Translations under genes and position numbers: made by a program | The notes under the pieces: model-generated | Told to the model about the DNA's origin: nothing | The model's database searches: none | Seen by the model: only the letters and a program-made list of their open reading frames with translations | DNA from: a virus | Taxonomy: Duplodnaviria; Caudoviricetes | Virus record (IMG/VR): IMGVR_UViG_3300025276_000003 | Location: 1 to 58,993 of that record | DNA: 58,993 nt | Reading direction: 5' to 3' (one strand) | Shown: one piece after another, positions 16,242 through 26,440 of the stretch | Layout of the letters: the number at the start of each line of letters is the position of its first letter | How positions within the stretch are numbered: the stretch's first letter is position 1

Positions 16242-18194
16242 ATGAAATTATATGCAGCTGACACAGAATCGGATGGCCTATTGCCTACAATAACTAAGTT
16301 TTGGTGTGGGACATTTGCTGAACTAGATCATGGTATGGTCGAGAAAGGCATGGTCACGTACACAGACTACCACAATATTGGTAAAATGTTTACAAACCCT
16401 GACAACATCTTAGTAATGCACAACGGAATGGACTTTGACGCACCTGCTATAGAGAAAATAATGGGAGTTAAGGTGTTAGCCAAGGTAGTTGACACACTGT
16501 TACTGTCTTGGTACTTGTATCCACTACGCACTAGGCATGGTTTGGAGTCGTGGGGAGAAGAGTTTAACATACCAAAAGTAGAGGTTAGTGGACACGAGTG
16601 GGTTGACGGAAGTAAGGTTAAGCTATTTGTTCACCGATGTGAAGAAGATGTTAAGATACAGACATCACTGTGGCAGAAGATCTGGACAGATCTAAACAAA
16701 CTGTACAACAATGATGTAAAGGCTATCTGGCACCTTATAGATCACCTCAACTTTAAGGCTAAATGTGCTCAGTTGCAGGAGCGTACTAAGTGGAAGCTTG
16801 ACGTACCTAAAGCAGAAACTATGGAAGAGCTACTGTCTAACAAGTTTGATAAAGCTAAGGCAGAGTTAGAAGTAAACATGCCAGATGTCCCACAGTTTGC
16901 CAAAAAGAATTTCCCAAAGAAACCATTTAAGATAAACGGGGAATTGTCAGCAACTGGCTCTAAGTGGATATCTTGTGTTAAAGAGAACATTGCACCTACA
17001 GCCTACCCTTCTGGTGATCCTTTAGATTATAAAGAAGAGATAAGAGTACTGTCTGGGTACAAAAGTCCTAACGCTGGCTCACATGCACAGATCAAGTCGT
17101 GGCTTTTCAAGCTGGGATGGGTTCCAGAAAGCTTTAAGCATGAAAGGGATAAGGATACAAGAGAAGTTCGTAAGATTCCTCAAATTAAGAACCAAGAAAC
17201 GGAGGAGCTTTGCGAAAGTATTGTTCAACTTATTAGCAGTGAACCAGCACTTGAGCACTTGCGAGAGATGTCTATCGTAAAGCACAGGCTAGGAGTTGTA
17301 AAAGGCTTCCTTAGCAACGTCAACGAGGAGGGATTTGTATATGCGGCTATACAGGGACTTACCAACACGCTAAGATTTAAGCATAAGGTTTGCGTAAATC
17401 TTCCTAGTGTACGTAAGCCATATGGAGCTGACATCAGAGGGCTGCTTATTGCACGATCAGACGCAACAGAGCTGTGTGGGTCTGACATGTCTAGTGTTGA
17501 GGACAGAACCAAACAGCACTACATGTGGAAATACGATCCACAATACGTAAAAGACATGATGACTCCGGGATTTGATCCGCACTTAGATATGTGTGTATCT
17601 GCCGGCCTGATGTCTAAAGAGGATGCACAGTGGTACAAGGACTACAACCCTGACACAGACTGTCACAACAAGCACGCTAGTCTTGCTCTGATACGACATG
17701 GTGGTAAGACTACTAACTATGCTGCTACTTACGGTGCTGCACCTGACACAATTGCAAGGGCTGCTAACGTAGACTTAGCTACTGGTCAAGCACTGTGGGA
17801 TGGTTATTGGGATCGTAACAACAGTATAGCCAAGATTGCGGACAACTGTGTAGTCAAGGAGGAGTGGCTAGATAAGACTAAGACTAAGTGGCTCTGGAAT
17901 GAGGTTGCAAATATCTGGTACTATCTAAAAGCTGAGAAAGACAGGTTTAGTACACTTAACCAGAGCACTGCTACTTATGCTTTTGACCGATGGATGTTCT
18001 ACGTATTAGAAAAGAGACCCCAAATTACTGCTCAGTTTCATGATGAGGGTATTTGGGAATTGAGGGTAGGTAACAGAGAAGCAATGACTAAGATACTCAA
18101 GACTGCTATTGGACAAGTAAATGATGAGCTAAAACTCAACAGAGAGCTTGACTGTGATGTTGACTACGGAGTGTCCTATGCGGAGATTCACTAA
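16242..18194 (+). CDS. polA: Family A (T7-like) DNA polymerase with 3'-5' exonuclease
   Basis: Exonuclease motifs ADTES, HNGMDFD, CEEDV; polymerase motifs GSDMSSVEDR, RHGGKTTNYAATYGA (Tyr at the 762-equivalent position), QFHDEG. Confidence 0.95.
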   Translation: MKLYAADTESDGLLPTITKFWCGTFAELDHGMVEKGMVTYTDYHNIGKMFTNPDNILVMHNGMDFDAPAIEKIMGVKVLAKVVDTLLLSWYLYPLRTRHGLESWGEEFNIPKVEVSGHEWVDGSKVKLFVHRCEEDVKIQTSLWQKIWTDLNKLYNNDVKAIWHLIDHLNFKAKCAQLQERTKWKLDVPKAETMEELLSNKFDKAKAELEVNMPDVPQFAKKNFPKKPFKINGELSATGSKWISCVKENIAPTAYPSGDPLDYKEEIRVLSGYKSPNAGSHAQIKSWLFKLGWVPESFKHERDKDTREVRKIPQIKNQETEELCESIVQLISSEPALEHLREMSIVKHRLGVVKGFLSNVNEEGFVYAAIQGLTNTLRFKHKVCVNLPSVRKPYGADIRGLLIARSDATELCGSDMSSVEDRTKQHYMWKYDPQYVKDMMTPGFDPHLDMCVSAGLMSKEDAQWYKDYNPDTDCHNKHASLALIRHGGKTTNYAATYGAAPDTIARAANVDLATGQALWDGYWDRNNSIAKIADNCVVKEEWLDKTKTKWLWNEVANIWYYLKAEKDRFSTLNQSTATYAFDRWMFYVLEKRPQITAQFHDEGIWELRVGNREAMTKILKTAIGQVNDELKLNRELDCDVDYGVSYAEIH

Positions 18195-18472
18195 TGTCAA
18201 TTATAATGGGTGGGCTAGTATTTACAGCTGCATTCTTCTCAGTATTCTTACTGGGATTAAATAGTAAAGTGTTGAGGGATGACCGCATCATGTTTGGTGC
18301 GGTCATTTCTTGGTTTATAACAGTAGCACAGTACGTTATGACTTGGGCTGTAATCCATGCAGGACTTTCACCAGTAGAGTATATCTTCTGGGCTGGTTGT
18401 GGTGGTTGTTTTGGAATAACAATTGCACAGTATTTTTACAAGTGGATGGAAACCAAGTTTAACAAGGAGTAG
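18194..18472 (+). CDS. Multi-TM membrane protein
   Basis: Three hydrophobic segments in 92 aa. Confidence 0.7.
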   Translation: MSIIMGGLVFTAAFFSVFLLGLNSKVLRDDRIMFGAVISWFITVAQYVMTWAVIHAGLSPVEYIFWAGCGGCFGITIAQYFYKWMETKFNKE

Positions 18473-18477
18473 AGAAA

Positions 18478-18651
18478 ATGAATAAGAGAAACTTTAAAGT
18501 ACTAAAACAAACCTTTCCACATGTATCGGAAGTTTTAGACTACCTAAAAGAAAGAAACTTCCCCGTTTTGCCAGCTGTGACAGAAGAGCGCATACTGACA
18601 GCACTTTTACGTGACCTAAATGTTAAGGATGAAGGAAATGATTACTTGTAG
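18478..18651 (+). CDS. Hypothetical protein (57 aa)
   Basis: AGAG RBS; MNKRNFKVLKQTFPH...; fills the gap. Confidence 0.5.
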   Translation: MNKRNFKVLKQTFPHVSEVLDYLKERNFPVLPAVTEERILTALLRDLNVKDEGNDYL

Positions 18652-18967
18652 CGTACCTAAAACTGGAAAAGATATGAGGACAACTGAGGCAGGTACTCGC
18701 CACAATAGTGGCAAAACCCAGCTTAGCTACATACTAGATGCTGACATAGCTATGAAAGGCATGTGCGATGTATTCGAGTTTGGCGCAAAGAAGTATGAAC
18801 GTAACAACTGGAAGAAAGGTTTAAACACTAAAGAGGTTATGGATAGCCTGCTACGTCACCTTACTTCCTATGCTAGTGGAGAAGTGCTAGATCCAGAATC
18901 AGGGCTGCCGCACATTGACCATATCACCTGTAATGCAGTGTTTCTGGCAACATTTGGAGAAAGATAG
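18620..18967 (+). CDS. DUF5664 (dATP/dGTP diphosphohydrolase-like) protein; start uncertain
   Basis: FGAKKYERNNWKKG, SLLRHL, DPESGLPHIDH..CNA.FL. Confidence 0.8.
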   Translation: MLRMKEMITCSVPKTGKDMRTTEAGTRHNSGKTQLSYILDADIAMKGMCDVFEFGAKKYERNNWKKGLNTKEVMDSLLRHLTSYASGEVLDPESGLPHIDHITCNAVFLATFGER

Positions 18968-19206
18968 TGATCAAGCACTTAGTTGGAAAGATGCTTGAAC
19001 ACAAGGAGTGGTCAAGGACTAAGGGATTAGTTACCTTGACAATAGATACCTACGGTGACGTTGAGATGGAGAACTCTACTGGCAAGTGGTTATGTATATC
19101 ACTTTCCACCGAGGAATTGATAGGACTGAACGCAACACTTTCAGAGTTTATAGAGATGCGTAAAGAGGTAAAAGAACACGACATAAGAATTGGTATTCCA
19201 CAATAG
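18967..19206 (+). CDS. Hypothetical protein
   Basis: GTG start overlapping the upstream stop. Confidence 0.6.
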   Translation: MIKHLVGKMLEHKEWSRTKGLVTLTIDTYGDVEMENSTGKWLCISLSTEELIGLNATLSEFIEMRKEVKEHDIRIGIPQ

Positions 19207-19214
19207 GATTAAAC

Positions 19215-21230
19215 ATGACACAAAGTTTTAGAAGTAAAGTAATAACAAGACGGACATATAACCGTCCTTTGAACGATGAAGGTACTGTGTTTGAGACATG
19301 GCCACAAACTGTTGACCGTGTTATTGGTCACCAGAAGTGGTTGTGGGAGAGAGCACTAGGTCAATCCCTAAGCTTTGGGCAACTAGAGGAACTAGAAGAA
19401 CTGCGAGATTTGATGCTGGCTAGGAAGACTTCAGTCTCTGGCCGAACTTTGTGGCTTGGCGGAACAGAAGTGTCCAAGACCTGTGAAGCATCTCAGTTCA
19501 ACTGTTCAGGTACTCGCGTAGAAGTTGTTTATGATGTAGTCGATACTATCTGGCTACTTATGCAAGGTTGTGGGGTTGGCCTAGAAGCGGTGACAGGTAA
19601 CTTAACTGGGTTCCGTAAGAAGCACAAAGTATCAGTTGTTAGGTCTACTCGTGAGTCTAAGGGCAATCCAGACAATGCTGAATATATTAATGATGGTGTA
19701 TGGACTATTAAAGTGGGTGACTCTGCTCAAGCATGGGCCAAAGCTGTTGGTAAGATTATAGTAGGCAAGAACAACGTCAGTGAGATTGTGTTGGACTTTA
19801 CTGAAATTAGACCTGCTGGATCAAGGCTGAAAGGTTATGGCTGGATATGCTCTGGTGATGAACAAGTTAGCAAAGCATTTGTAGCCATTTGTGAGTTACT
19901 GAACAACAGAGCTGACCAACTACTCAGTGATATGGACATACATGACATAGAAAATTGGCTGGGTACAATACTTTCATCACGTAGAAGTGCTGAGATCATC
20001 ACTAAGAAGTATGGTAGTGAGGATTGGGAGGGATTTGTAGCTCGTAAAACTAACTATTGGTCTTGTAACTCTTGCGGATCACACAACACTACATTAGGAG
20101 TATGTAATGATTGTGGAGCAAAAGATACCAACGATTTTAGAACCCAATCAAATAACAGCTTACTGTTTGAGTCCAAACCTAGCTACCCAGAGCTTAGAGA
20201 CATCTTTAACAGGATGGAGAGTGCTGGCGGGTCTGAACCGGGCTTTATTAATGTTGCTGCTGCAAGACTACGTGCGCCTTGGTTCGCTACACTAAACCCC
20301 TGTGCTGAGATACTGTTGCCCAACAAAGGTTTCTGTAATTTAGTAGAAATTAACTTGGCTGCATTTAGTGACAAGGAACACGGTGAGTTAGACCGCGCTA
20401 TAGAAGTTATGGCTCGTGCTAACTACAGACAAACTTGTGTGAACTTACGTGACGGAATCTTGCAAGAAGCTTGGCATACTAACAATGAGTTTCTACGCTT
20501 GTGCGGTGTTGGACTTACTGGTGTAGCTCAGCGTCCTGACATCAAAAGTCAAGAACTTGGCTCTATGAGGCAGATAGCACACAACTCTGCTAACTCTATG
20601 GCAGACGAGCTTGGGACACCTAGACCTAAGAATGTCACAACCATTAAACCCTCTGGAACTCTCAGCAAGATTATGGACTGTACTGAGGGGTTACATATAC
20701 CTTTAGGCAAGTACATCTTCAACTGGGTTGGGTTCTCATCCCACGATCCTATCGTACTAAAGCTTGTAGAAGCTGGTTACGAGTGGATGCAAAAGCCGGG
20801 TGATTCATCGACATACTTGATAAAGCTACCAGCAAGTTATGAAGGATGTAACTTTACAGATGTCAATGGCACAGAGGTAAACCTAGAATCAGCAATAGAT
20901 CAACTAGAGCGTTACAAGATGTATCAGATCAATTGGACTGATCAAAACACTTCTGTAACCATCTCCTATGACTTAACAGAAGTAGAAGATATTATTGCTT
21001 GGCTTCTAGAAAACTGGGATCACTACGTAGGCGTATCATTTATCTACAGAAATGACCCAACTAAGACAGCAAAAGACCTTGGTTACGAGTACCTTCCACA
21101 AGAAGTTACCACCAAGGAAGAGTTTGAAGCATATGTAGCAATACTAAAAGATGTAGACCTCGATGCTGTAAACTCTCACGACCAAATTGAAGGGGATGAG
21201 TGCGCCACTGGCGTCTGTCCAACTCGATAA
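19215..21230 (+). CDS. nrdJ: Class II (adenosylcobalamin-dependent, monomeric RTPR-like) ribonucleotide reductase
   Basis: RTYNR, SQFNC, LNPCAEI, FCNLVE, TTIKPSGT, C-terminal CATGVCP; no R2 (NrdB) gene seen. Confidence 0.9.
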   Translation: MTQSFRSKVITRRTYNRPLNDEGTVFETWPQTVDRVIGHQKWLWERALGQSLSFGQLEELEELRDLMLARKTSVSGRTLWLGGTEVSKTCEASQFNCSGTRVEVVYDVVDTIWLLMQGCGVGLEAVTGNLTGFRKKHKVSVVRSTRESKGNPDNAEYINDGVWTIKVGDSAQAWAKAVGKIIVGKNNVSEIVLDFTEIRPAGSRLKGYGWICSGDEQVSKAFVAICELLNNRADQLLSDMDIHDIENWLGTILSSRRSAEIITKKYGSEDWEGFVARKTNYWSCNSCGSHNTTLGVCNDCGAKDTNDFRTQSNNSLLFESKPSYPELRDIFNRMESAGGSEPGFINVAAARLRAPWFATLNPCAEILLPNKGFCNLVEINLAAFSDKEHGELDRAIEVMARANYRQTCVNLRDGILQEAWHTNNEFLRLCGVGLTGVAQRPDIKSQELGSMRQIAHNSANSMADELGTPRPKNVTTIKPSGTLSKIMDCTEGLHIPLGKYIFNWVGFSSHDPIVLKLVEAGYEWMQKPGDSSTYLIKLPASYEGCNFTDVNGTEVNLESAIDQLERYKMYQINWTDQNTSVTISYDLTEVEDIIAWLLENWDHYVGVSFIYRNDPTKTAKDLGYEYLPQEVTTKEEFEAYVAILKDVDLDAVNSHDQIEGDECATGVCPTR

Positions 21231-21256
21231 TTAAATTAACCTTACGGAGAATCAAA

Positions 21257-21904
21257 ATGGCTAATGCCCAAAAGAAAGAAACCTCAATTGTAACAGTAAA
21301 AGACGTTTACTTTGTATACAGTTCAGTGAGTGAGCCTCGTTCACAACTAAACCCTGATAACAAGGCTATGATGTCGGATCACGAATTGGAGGGTCATTCC
21401 TACCAAATCAGCATCCTCATGCCTGAAGATCGTTTCAAGTCTGAGCTAAAGCGCGAGTTCAAGGGCGCTAAGAACTTTCCTAACGCTAAGGAATATAGTC
21501 CTGAAGAGTGTGAAGAGTTGTTTGGAGTCTTTGTTGAAGATGACATGGTTTCAATCAAATTCTCTCAGACCTGTCTTACTGGCAAGGCAAGCAATCGTGT
21601 ACCTACTCGTCCTATCACACAGATCGGTATTAAGGGTAAAGTACAGGACATTAACGGTGTTACTATTAGCCAAGATACTAACCTGGGCTATGGCACTAAG
21701 GGTCACTTCCAATTCAATCCTTATCACAACGAGAAGAATGGATTGTACCTGTACCCACACCTAGTTTGTGTTACTGAACTAGTTGAGTACGCTGGTGGTG
21801 GTAGTGCTGAAGACTTAGATTCACTAGGTTTGGAGGAGCTTGACACTGTAGACGTAACTGAAGCTGTGGTCACTAAAGAAGAATTTGAAGATCCCAACTT
21901 TTAA
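21257..21904 (+). CDS. Single-stranded DNA-binding protein (T7 gp2.5-like)
   Basis: Position in the replication module; LVEYAGG followed by a long acidic tail ending in Phe; followed by a terminator. Confidence 0.7.
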   Translation: MANAQKKETSIVTVKDVYFVYSSVSEPRSQLNPDNKAMMSDHELEGHSYQISILMPEDRFKSELKREFKGAKNFPNAKEYSPEECEELFGVFVEDDMVSIKFSQTCLTGKASNRVPTRPITQIGIKGKVQDINGVTISQDTNLGYGTKGHFQFNPYHNEKNGLYLYPHLVCVTELVEYAGGGSAEDLDSLGLEELDTVDVTEAVVTKEEFEDPNF

Positions 21905-21911
21905 CATGAGT

Positions 21912-21944
21912 AGCCCACCTTAAATAACTAGGGTGGGCTTTTTT
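21912..21944 (+). terminator. Rho-independent terminator
   Basis: AGCCCACCTTA-AATAAC-TAGGGTGGGCT plus T run. Confidence 0.85.
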
Positions 21945-21960
21945 GTTTTTGGAGAAACAT

Positions 21961-22092
21961 ATGACAACATACATGGCAGTAACAAAATCCGGGCAGACTA
22001 GCTACTTTTCTGCACGAACAGAATCAGACGCATTTCAGCAAGCAACCAGCTGGGCAGGAGATGACTTATTGGAGAGTTTCAATGTCGCTTGA
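21961..22092 (+). CDS. Hypothetical protein (43 aa)
   Basis: GGAG RBS; MTTYMAVTKSGQTSYF... Confidence 0.5.
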   Translation: MTTYMAVTKSGQTSYFSARTESDAFQQATSWAGDDLLESFNVA

Positions 22093-23017
22093 TGACTTAG
22101 GTTTGACAGACTACGAAGCAGAAGAAGAGAAAACCCTACTAATTGACGGAGATATACTAATATACAAGCCTTGTTGCATTTATAACGAGGACGATGACTA
22201 TGATCGTAAACAGATTGAGAAGAACATCAATCACAAAATAGATCAGCTAATGGAGTTATCAGGTTGTGGCAGTTACATCATGTTTGTCACTACTAAGACA
22301 AACTTCAGAGACTTCTTAGTTGACGACTACAAAGCTAACAGAATTGACACAGTACGACCAGTCAACTTGGCGTGGGCTAAGCGGTGGGCTGTAGATACTT
22401 TCAACACACATTACCGATCAGGACTTGAAGCAGATGACCTGTTAGGCATTCACCAGACTAAAGACACAGTTATCTGGAGCTTGGACAAGGACTTGCGACA
22501 GATCTCTGGACTTCACTTGGACGATGCAACAAGCAAGGTCATTACTGTCACCGAAAATGGTGTACTGAGGAAAAAGTTAGGAGCACTAAAGAATCCTGAC
22601 ACTAATAGTAAGGCGCGCAAGGCAACCAAATATTACTTCGACGGTCTGGTAGGGCTCTACTTCCAGATGCTGACAGGTGATGATACGGATTGGATTGTTG
22701 GCTGTGGAGAACGTAAAGAGTACACTGTTAAGTCAGGTGCCAGTGCTGGACAAGTTAGATTAAAACGCTTTGGAATAGGGCCGGGTAAAGCATACGAAAT
22801 GCTTTCAGAAGCTAGAACTATTGAAGATGCGTTTGATGTAGTTTGTGAAGAGTACCGTAAGCAATACGGTGATAACTGGATAAAACACCTTGAAATACAG
22901 TCTAACTTATTGTTCATGGTGCGAGAACACAATGAAAATCTCGTGAGGCAGTGGACTTATGATGACAGAGAGCAGTGGCTTGACATAGATACTGGAGAGA
23001 CTCATGAGGTTACTTAA
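22082..23017 (+). CDS. 5'-3' exonuclease (T7 gp6/FEN-like)
   Basis: LLIDGDIL, YKANR, LEADDLLGI, SLDKDLRQI, LTGDDTD, GIGPGKA. Confidence 0.9.
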   Translation: MSLDDLGLTDYEAEEEKTLLIDGDILIYKPCCIYNEDDDYDRKQIEKNINHKIDQLMELSGCGSYIMFVTTKTNFRDFLVDDYKANRIDTVRPVNLAWAKRWAVDTFNTHYRSGLEADDLLGIHQTKDTVIWSLDKDLRQISGLHLDDATSKVITVTENGVLRKKLGALKNPDTNSKARKATKYYFDGLVGLYFQMLTGDDTDWIVGCGERKEYTVKSGASAGQVRLKRFGIGPGKAYEMLSEARTIEDAFDVVCEEYRKQYGDNWIKHLEIQSNLLFMVREHNENLVRQWTYDDREQWLDIDTGETHEVT

Positions 23018-23369
23018 ATCATCTGACTTAGCCAACATACGAAAGAAGTACACTGCTAAGCAGCGTTACTTGTGTGCTCTGTGTGATGGTACATTGGCCG
23101 GTGGTGTTCCTATGTTGGACCACTGCCACAAGACTGGACATGTAAGGTCAACCTTATGTCGTTCATGTAACGAAGGAGAGGGTAGAGTGTTGTCAGGAAT
23201 GATGATACGCACACCCGTAACTAATTTAGCTAAGAAAGATCCTGTCAAGTGGCTGCGAAGACTCGCAGACTACTGGGAGTATCATGCTGAAAACCCGTCA
23301 GGCTTCATTCATCCAACATTTGATGTAAAGACTGGCAAACAAAAACCTGTAAAGCGGAGAAAGAAATGA
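23004..23369 (+). CDS. Recombination endonuclease VII (Holliday junction resolvase)
   Basis: CALC...LDHCHKTGHVRSTLCRSCN. Confidence 0.85.
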   Translation: MRLLKSSDLANIRKKYTAKQRYLCALCDGTLAGGVPMLDHCHKTGHVRSTLCRSCNEGEGRVLSGMMIRTPVTNLAKKDPVKWLRRLADYWEYHAENPSGFIHPTFDVKTGKQKPVKRRKK

Positions 23370-24253
23370 CATTATCAATAGATATGCCCAATTTCGAACC
23401 TAACGTAGACCGTCCTCATGTACAAGAAGTCATGAAGAAGACAGTCTTCCTAGATATAGAGACATCACTGTTAGAAATCTATTCATTTCGTCTAGGTATG
23501 CAGCGTCCAAACATTGACTCGTTGAAAGAAGGTTCACAGACTAAGCTACTTACAGCTGCTTGGGGTACATGGTACGACCTGTACAACAAGGGAGAGGCTG
23601 GAGTCAAGTCTGTTGGCAACCACCACCGTAAGGGTGCATTTAAGAAAGATCCCTTAGACGACACTTACGTGCTCCGTAAGATGTGGGATGTACTTGACGG
23701 TGCTGACATTATTGTAGCACACAACGCTGCATTTGACCGTGGCTGGATCGAAGGTCGGTTCATGGACTTAGGATGGAAACAACCTTCCAAGTACTACGTC
23801 TACTGTACTTACCAAACTCTTCACGGACTTAACGGTGTTAGCAAGAAGCTAGACTACTTGTCACAGAAGCTGATTGGTACTGAGAAAGTCAAGCACGAGG
23901 GTCTACCACTGTGGATAGGTTGCCAGAACGGTGACGTTGAAAGCTTTGAAAAGATGGAAGACTATAACATAGGTGACATCTATGACACTTTGTACAAGGT
24001 GTTCATGCGTACTGCACTGTATGTTAATCGAAATAAGTGTATTGACTTGGCTGGCGAAGGTATCTACTGTAACGTAACTGGTGATAGACTGGTTAAACAG
24101 GATGAAGTGTACCGTAATCGTACTACTGGCCTTAAGTACTACACCTACATCAATGAGAAGTATAACTTAGAGTACAGAGATCGTTACAACATACGCTCTA
24201 AGAAAGCCGGGGCTGGGTTTATTACTCCACTAATCGCAAATGGGTTGAAATAG
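23366..24253 (+). CDS. DEDD/RNase H-like 3'-5' exonuclease
   Basis: FLDIET, VAHNAAFD, KLDYL, YNIGDI. Confidence 0.8.
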   Translation: MTLSIDMPNFEPNVDRPHVQEVMKKTVFLDIETSLLEIYSFRLGMQRPNIDSLKEGSQTKLLTAAWGTWYDLYNKGEAGVKSVGNHHRKGAFKKDPLDDTYVLRKMWDVLDGADIIVAHNAAFDRGWIEGRFMDLGWKQPSKYYVYCTYQTLHGLNGVSKKLDYLSQKLIGTEKVKHEGLPLWIGCQNGDVESFEKMEDYNIGDIYDTLYKVFMRTALYVNRNKCIDLAGEGIYCNVTGDRLVKQDEVYRNRTTGLKYYTYINEKYNLEYRDRYNIRSKKAGAGFITPLIANGLK

Positions 24254-24254
24254 T

Positions 24255-24443
24255 ATGTCAATGTCTGATGAGCAAGTGTTAGATGATGCACAAGAACTAG
24301 TACTAGAACTTGTAGCAGACTTTAGTAGCAAAAATCCTTCTCAGCAGGCCATGTTAGAGAACCTTGATGATGCACAGCGTATCTTCAAGGTCGCTATACA
24401 GGTCTTGGAGGGTATGTTAGAACCCGAACCAACTATTCACTAG
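24255..24443 (+). CDS. Hypothetical protein
   Basis: Short in-operon ORF. Confidence 0.55.
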   Translation: MSMSDEQVLDDAQELVLELVADFSSKNPSQQAMLENLDDAQRIFKVAIQVLEGMLEPEPTIH

Positions 24444-24455
24444 TAGGGAGGCAGT

Positions 24456-26318
24456 ATGATTGAGTTAGATGGTGGCGTTGTGCTGCCAGTTCCAAAGAGA
24501 AGCAAGGGATTTACACAGCCTGATACAATCAAGAGGTTTAGGTGGGATAGTGACAAGGAGGGTAGGTGGTACAGGGCTTACATGCACTGCTTATACTCCT
24601 TAACTATACACTTGGGGCTGCCGCTACACTCAGTAGTTCCAAGACTTGCAAAAAAGATGAAGGAGGCAGACGATCCCTTTAACGTAGCTCTTAGATTTAT
24701 GGGTGAGATGGAGTTGCAAGGGTATGTTAGGTTTGATGTTAGAAGAAAGACTAACAGTGACCAAGAAGAGAGGCTGGTAATAGCAACTAAGAAGCTGCTA
24801 GCACTAGACTTAAACTTCGAGGAAGCACCATCGTCTGCTATTAAGTATCCTATACTTCCCGGATCTAGGATACCTGTATCACCCATAAGGAATGGTGTTG
24901 CATCAAATAAAAATAAACAGGTTTCTTCTATAGCTTATGAGATGGCTATGGAGAAATTCAAAATTAATAGGTATGTACTTCGTTTGCTAGAGGATTTTCC
25001 ACCAGAGTTTACAGAAGCTGGTTCGGATTACATGTATAAAAGAACTATGCACTGTGCAAACGAGATGGTTGAGGACAACTTTAGGTTTCCCTACTTCTTG
25101 GATAGTAGATCAAGAATGTATGAGGACACGACCTGCGGATTTAGCCCACAAGGTGCTGATCACGAGAAGGCGCTATGCCAACCAACTTACAAGGAAATAC
25201 TTAATGAAAGTGGATACAAAGCCCTGCTTGAAACAGCGTATGGATACTCTGAGATCAAGTGGACAGAAGATACTATTATTGACATGGCGAAGAACCCTAG
25301 GAGAACGGAGAAGGAGTGGAAGAAGGCTGACAAACCCTACTGCTTTATGGCTTGTGCTGATCTTATCCGTCAATATAGCGATAGTCCCCTATCACCTCTG
25401 TCTGGATTCATCCCACTGGACGGTAGATGTAGCGGCCTACAACACTGGTCTGCTCTTACTAAATCTCCTGCTATCACTGCTCACTTGGGCATGGAGGTAC
25501 AGGAAGCAGATTTGGATATCTATGAGAAAGTAGCAGAGGACTGGAAAGAAACACTTGAACCTGAGTGGCAGTTCATGGCTACTAGAAAGGCAGCTAAGAT
25601 CCCTGTCATGACTTGGGGTTATAATGCTACAGTAACTACATCAATGGAGTGGATGGAGAAACTGTTCGGCTCCAAGAAGAAGTGGAGTCCAGAATTAAAC
25701 GAGTACGTAATGGCTGAGGGAGGACTAGAAAAGATAGCTGCAAGGCGCAAGGGTGCTGACCTGTACAAGAACCTAAATGCTACGCTAGGCCCACTAAGGG
25801 CAGCAGTAGACTGGGTTAGTGGCTGTGCTACAAAGATTGCCACCGCTGGTAATGTCGAGATACATTGGATAACACCTGATGGGTTCGAGGCAATGCAGCG
25901 CAAGGTAAAGGGAAAGCAAAGGGACATAACTTGCACACTGAGCAACAATTCTAGAATTGACTTGGAGATACAGGACTTCTCTGTTGAGACTCCACACACA
26001 GCTAAGCACAGATCTGCTATTGCACCTAACATAATACATAGTCTTGATGCTACACATCTTAGGATGGTGGCAAGAAGACTAAATGAGTTAGGCTTGCCAA
26101 TGATATTCATTCACGACTCGTTTGCTACTCACTGCAATCATCGTGACACTTTGTACGAGATAATTGTAGACACTTTTATCGAGCTATACAGTGGTGACTA
26201 CATGAAAGAACTGTATAATTATTGGAAAGAAATGTACAACGTAGACATACCAGAACCACCTAAAGCGGGTATTTGGGAGGCCACGTCCTTAAAGGGCTGT
26301 AGCAGGTTTTTCCTCTAA
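24456..26318 (+). CDS. Single-subunit T7-type RNA polymerase 2 (probably late)
   Basis: LDSRSRMY, motif A LDGRCSGLQH, motif B RKAAKIPVMTWGY, WITPDGF, APNIIHSLDATH, motif C IHDSF, ends RFFL. Confidence 0.92.
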   Translation: MIELDGGVVLPVPKRSKGFTQPDTIKRFRWDSDKEGRWYRAYMHCLYSLTIHLGLPLHSVVPRLAKKMKEADDPFNVALRFMGEMELQGYVRFDVRRKTNSDQEERLVIATKKLLALDLNFEEAPSSAIKYPILPGSRIPVSPIRNGVASNKNKQVSSIAYEMAMEKFKINRYVLRLLEDFPPEFTEAGSDYMYKRTMHCANEMVEDNFRFPYFLDSRSRMYEDTTCGFSPQGADHEKALCQPTYKEILNESGYKALLETAYGYSEIKWTEDTIIDMAKNPRRTEKEWKKADKPYCFMACADLIRQYSDSPLSPLSGFIPLDGRCSGLQHWSALTKSPAITAHLGMEVQEADLDIYEKVAEDWKETLEPEWQFMATRKAAKIPVMTWGYNATVTTSMEWMEKLFGSKKKWSPELNEYVMAEGGLEKIAARRKGADLYKNLNATLGPLRAAVDWVSGCATKIATAGNVEIHWITPDGFEAMQRKVKGKQRDITCTLSNNSRIDLEIQDFSVETPHTAKHRSAIAPNIIHSLDATHLRMVARRLNELGLPMIFIHDSFATHCNHRDTLYEIIVDTFIELYSGDYMKELYNYWKEMYNVDIPEPPKAGIWEATSLKGCSRFFL

Positions 26319-26345
26319 AAACAGCGTACATCACGGGGTAAAGGA

Positions 26346-26415
26346 AAGACAGGCCCAACCATAGCGTTACCATCCCGCATATATAGGGTGAGTTATGGTA
26401 TTGGTAACCTGTCTT
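26346..26415 (+). other. Long imperfect hairpin between RNAP2 and the terminase genes (RNase III-like site or promoter-associated structure)
   Basis: AAGACAGG/CCTGTCTT outer stem; CCAA/TTGG, CCATAGC/GTTATGG and CATCC/GGGTG inner stems. Confidence 0.55.
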
Positions 26416-26440
26416 AACCACTAATAACTAGGAGAACACC

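Noticed and set aside
18620-18967. 2-aminoadenine (dZ) or other base-modification pathway
   Set aside because: DUF5664 is present, but no PurZ, DatZ, methyltransferase or other modification enzyme was recognised.
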